Origin: Utricularia gibba
Taxonomy: Eukaryota > Plantae > Magnoliophyta
Direction of reading: 5' to 3'
DNA: 36,064 nucleotides
NCBI GenBank assembly: GCA_002189035.1
Contig: NEEC01000369.1
Span: 1 to 36,064 of the forward strand
Under the pieces are notes generated by a model that worked only from the letters and a program-made list of their open reading frames with translations, did no database searches and was not told the DNA's origin. Both the position numbers and the translations under genes were made by a program. Positions 34,969-36,064 of this stretch are shown here, in pieces (position 1 is the first letter of the stretch; each line of letters opens with the position of its first letter).

Positions 34969-35283
34969 TTACGATATCACGTGCACCCTACATCATTTTT
35001 TCAACAACGTACTTTATACTTGAGGAGGTGGTCTTGGGGGGCAAGAGGAACCGGACAAAGGTCAGCTTAGGCTTGGGCCGAAAGTAAGTTGTAGCCCGGC
35101 AAGAAAGTGATGTATTTATTAACGTTCGGTTTTCGGAAGCTGCCTAAATGCTTTTTGAAAGAACATCTTCTCGTTTTATGGCGGCCAGTCTCGCTGGGAA
35201 CTTGGTCCTTGACCCTGGTTCTGTATGGCTCATGGGGGTGATGAAAAAAATGATGCATTTGTTTAAATTACGGTATCACGTGC
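34969..35283. repeat. Terminal chimeric monomer (B-type first half, C-type second half) plus 16-bp stub at the array edge
   Basis: The first half is GAGGAGGTGGTCTTG...GGAACCGGAC...GCTTAGGCTTGGGCCGAAAGTAAG (B). The second half is GGAAGCTGCCTAAATGCTTTTTGAAAG...CCTTGACCCTGGTTCTGTATGG (C), with the CAATCGGATGTAAATC segment lost. The final anchor is mutated to TTACGGTATCACGTGC (35268-35283). Confidence 0.85.
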
Positions 35284-36017
35284 CCTGGTTATATTCATAT
35301 TGTGCATTTTGGTGAGGAGAGCAGATTCACCATAAGTTTTCTCAACTTCATTACCATCTCTTAGTTCCAATCTCTTTTCTGTAGATTGCAACTCAATCAT
35401 GAACTCTCTAAATGTTGGCTCTGGTGTAACAGGATATTCAGGATACAGCTGATGGAGCTTTCCTTCAATAATGTCAAGGATTTTTCTTTCTGTCTCAAGT
35501 GCACATAACTTTGGCTCGAATCTTGCAGGTAGGCTCATGATTGCCTTGCTAATCACCTTTTGATCCTCAAGTTTTTCCCCCAATCCTCGAATCTCCTTCA
35601 CAAGCTTCGCAGTACGTTCATAATAGACTTGTATGGTTTCATTGTCTAACATTTTGTTCCTCTCAAAGTCCTCCAGCTTGTTTTTGCATAATATCTCTCT
35701 GAGTTTGGCATCGCCTTCATAATGGGATTTGAGAGTATCCCATATTTCTTTTGCTGATTGACACTCTGCAATATCATCAAATAGATGTTCAGAGATGGCT
35801 TGATACAAGGCATCCATTGCTTCATCTTTTCTCTGTTGAAGATACTCAGCTTCCTCTTGCTGTTCTGATTGGATTTGCTTGTTATTGTAATAGCCGGAAT
35901 CTCCCTTTCAACAACATCCCAAATCTTTCTGACCCGAAGGTAGCTGCGCATCTTTTTGACCCAGCTTCCATACTCTGAACCATCAAATATTGGAGGTCCT
36001 CTACCAGATGCCATCAT
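35263..36017 (-). pseudogene. gag: Copia gag, ~250 codons when reconstructed, with one apparent frameshift at 35906-35908 and a C-terminus fused to satellite (stop TAA at 35265-35263)
   Basis: ORF-track entries 35646..36023 and 35263..35817 are the two frames of one gene. The first ATG is at 36017; the track's 36023 start is a GTG. The downstream frame is open from 35907 and reads KGDSGYYNNKQIQSEQQEEAEYLQQRKDEAMDALYQ.... Adding one A on the minus strand joins it to ...WDVVE. Confidence 0.85.
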
Positions 36018-36064
36018 AGCCACCGCTTGACAAGCTTTGGGTTGATACTTGGTAATCTACCAAG
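35284..36064 (-). mobile_element. Ty1/copia LTR-retrotransposon fragment: gag region only, 3'-truncated at the satellite junction; the 5' part (PBS/LTR) presumably lies beyond the window end
   Basis: The minus-strand translation has the copia gag N-terminal motif PPIFDGSEYGSWVKKMRSYL...IWDVVE (DUF4219-like). It is followed by the UBN2/Retrotran_gag_2-type region ALYQAISEHLFDDIAECQSAKEIWDTLKSHYEG...KVISKAIMSLPARFEPKLCALE. No CCHC knuckle, protease, integrase, RT, PPT or LTR is seen before satellite sequence begins. Family assignment is from motif recognition, not a database search. Confidence 0.9.

Larger units (their letters stand above)
1..35283. repeat. Tandem satellite DNA array, ~310-315-bp monomer, 115 full head-to-tail copies (centromere/heterochromatin-type satellite)
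   Basis: The anchor TTACGATATCACGTGCAC recurs at 1, 318, 604, 914, 1224, 1539, 1854 ... 34349, 34663, 34969 and 35268, always in the same orientation. Invariant blocks include GTTGTAGCCCGGCAAAGAAAGTGATGTATTTATTAACGTTCGGTTTTCGG, GGAACTTGGTCCGGGCCC, GGCTCATGAGG and ATGCAAATCGATGAA. A hand count of one A monomer gives about 46% GC. Mean spacing is 35267/115, about 307 bp. A centromeric role is inferred only from the architecture. Confidence 0.98.

Noticed and set aside
300-35258. The many ORFs of 60-182 aa in the ORF track inside the array (e.g. MHLERDKGQVGLCQRVSCSPAKK..., MVFQGTTSPLVAASLARN...)
   Set aside because: They are the same satellite sequence translated repeatedly. Frames switch at random homopolymer indels, and there is no recognisable domain or consistent start and stop.
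1-35283. CRISPR array or other repeat-spacer system
   Set aside because: There are no unique spacers. The entire ~310-bp unit is repeated, no cas genes are present, and the context is eukaryotic.
1-35283. Functional 5S rDNA or tRNA/snRNA tandem gene array (unit size is similar to plant 5S units)
   Set aside because: There is no 120-nt 5S gene, box C or tRNA cloverleaf. Only a ~20-nt patch resembles 5S, and it is reported as a low-confidence finding.
1-35283. Assignment to a named satellite family or species (e.g. CentO, CentC or the Beta 312-bp repeats)
   Set aside because: Only the unit length is similar. I do not recognise the sequence, and a BLAST or Repbase/PlantSat search would be required.
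35646-35905. C-terminal part of ORF 35646..36023 (REIPAITITSK...GTKC) as real protein
   Set aside because: It is out-of-frame read-through after the frameshift. The gag-like sequence continues in the other frame.
35751-35978. Plus-strand 75-aa ORF
   Set aside because: It is an antisense shadow of gag with no recognisable motif.
36036-36052. Possible tRNA-Met primer-binding site (minus strand AAGTATCAACCC versus TGGTATCAGAGC)
   Set aside because: Only 6 of 12 bases match and no LTR end (CA) is identifiable. The real PBS probably lies beyond the window.
36048-36064. 7-bp hairpin CTTGGTA-ATC-TACCAAG at the window end
   Set aside because: It is short and cut by the window boundary, so it cannot be assigned a function without the downstream sequence.

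Overview
Eukaryotic, probably plant, heterochromatin. No protein-coding host genes, RNA genes or prokaryotic systems are supported. Bases 1-~35283 (98% of the window) are one head-to-tail satellite array of 115 complete monomers of about 310-315 bp, counted by hand from the anchor TTACGATATCACGTGCAC, plus a 16-bp stub. The array has three tiers. (1) Each monomer is a diverged dimer of two ~157-bp halves. (2) The monomers fall into recognisable subtypes, here called A, B, C and D. (3) The subtypes form higher-order repeats, mostly 5-mers of ~1.55 kb, with 4-8-mer variants and long-range block duplications. Subtypes A/C and B each carry a different perfect inverted repeat. At ~35284 the array directly abuts a minus-strand Ty1/copia gag that is cut off before any zinc knuckle, pol or 3' LTR. 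Its single frameshift is repaired by adding one base to a homopolymer. Every ORF-track entry inside the satellite is a spurious, repeated reading frame. Widespread homopolymer shortening suggests long-read consensus error, so single-base indels should be treated with caution. I cannot name the species or the satellite family, and centromeric function is an inference.
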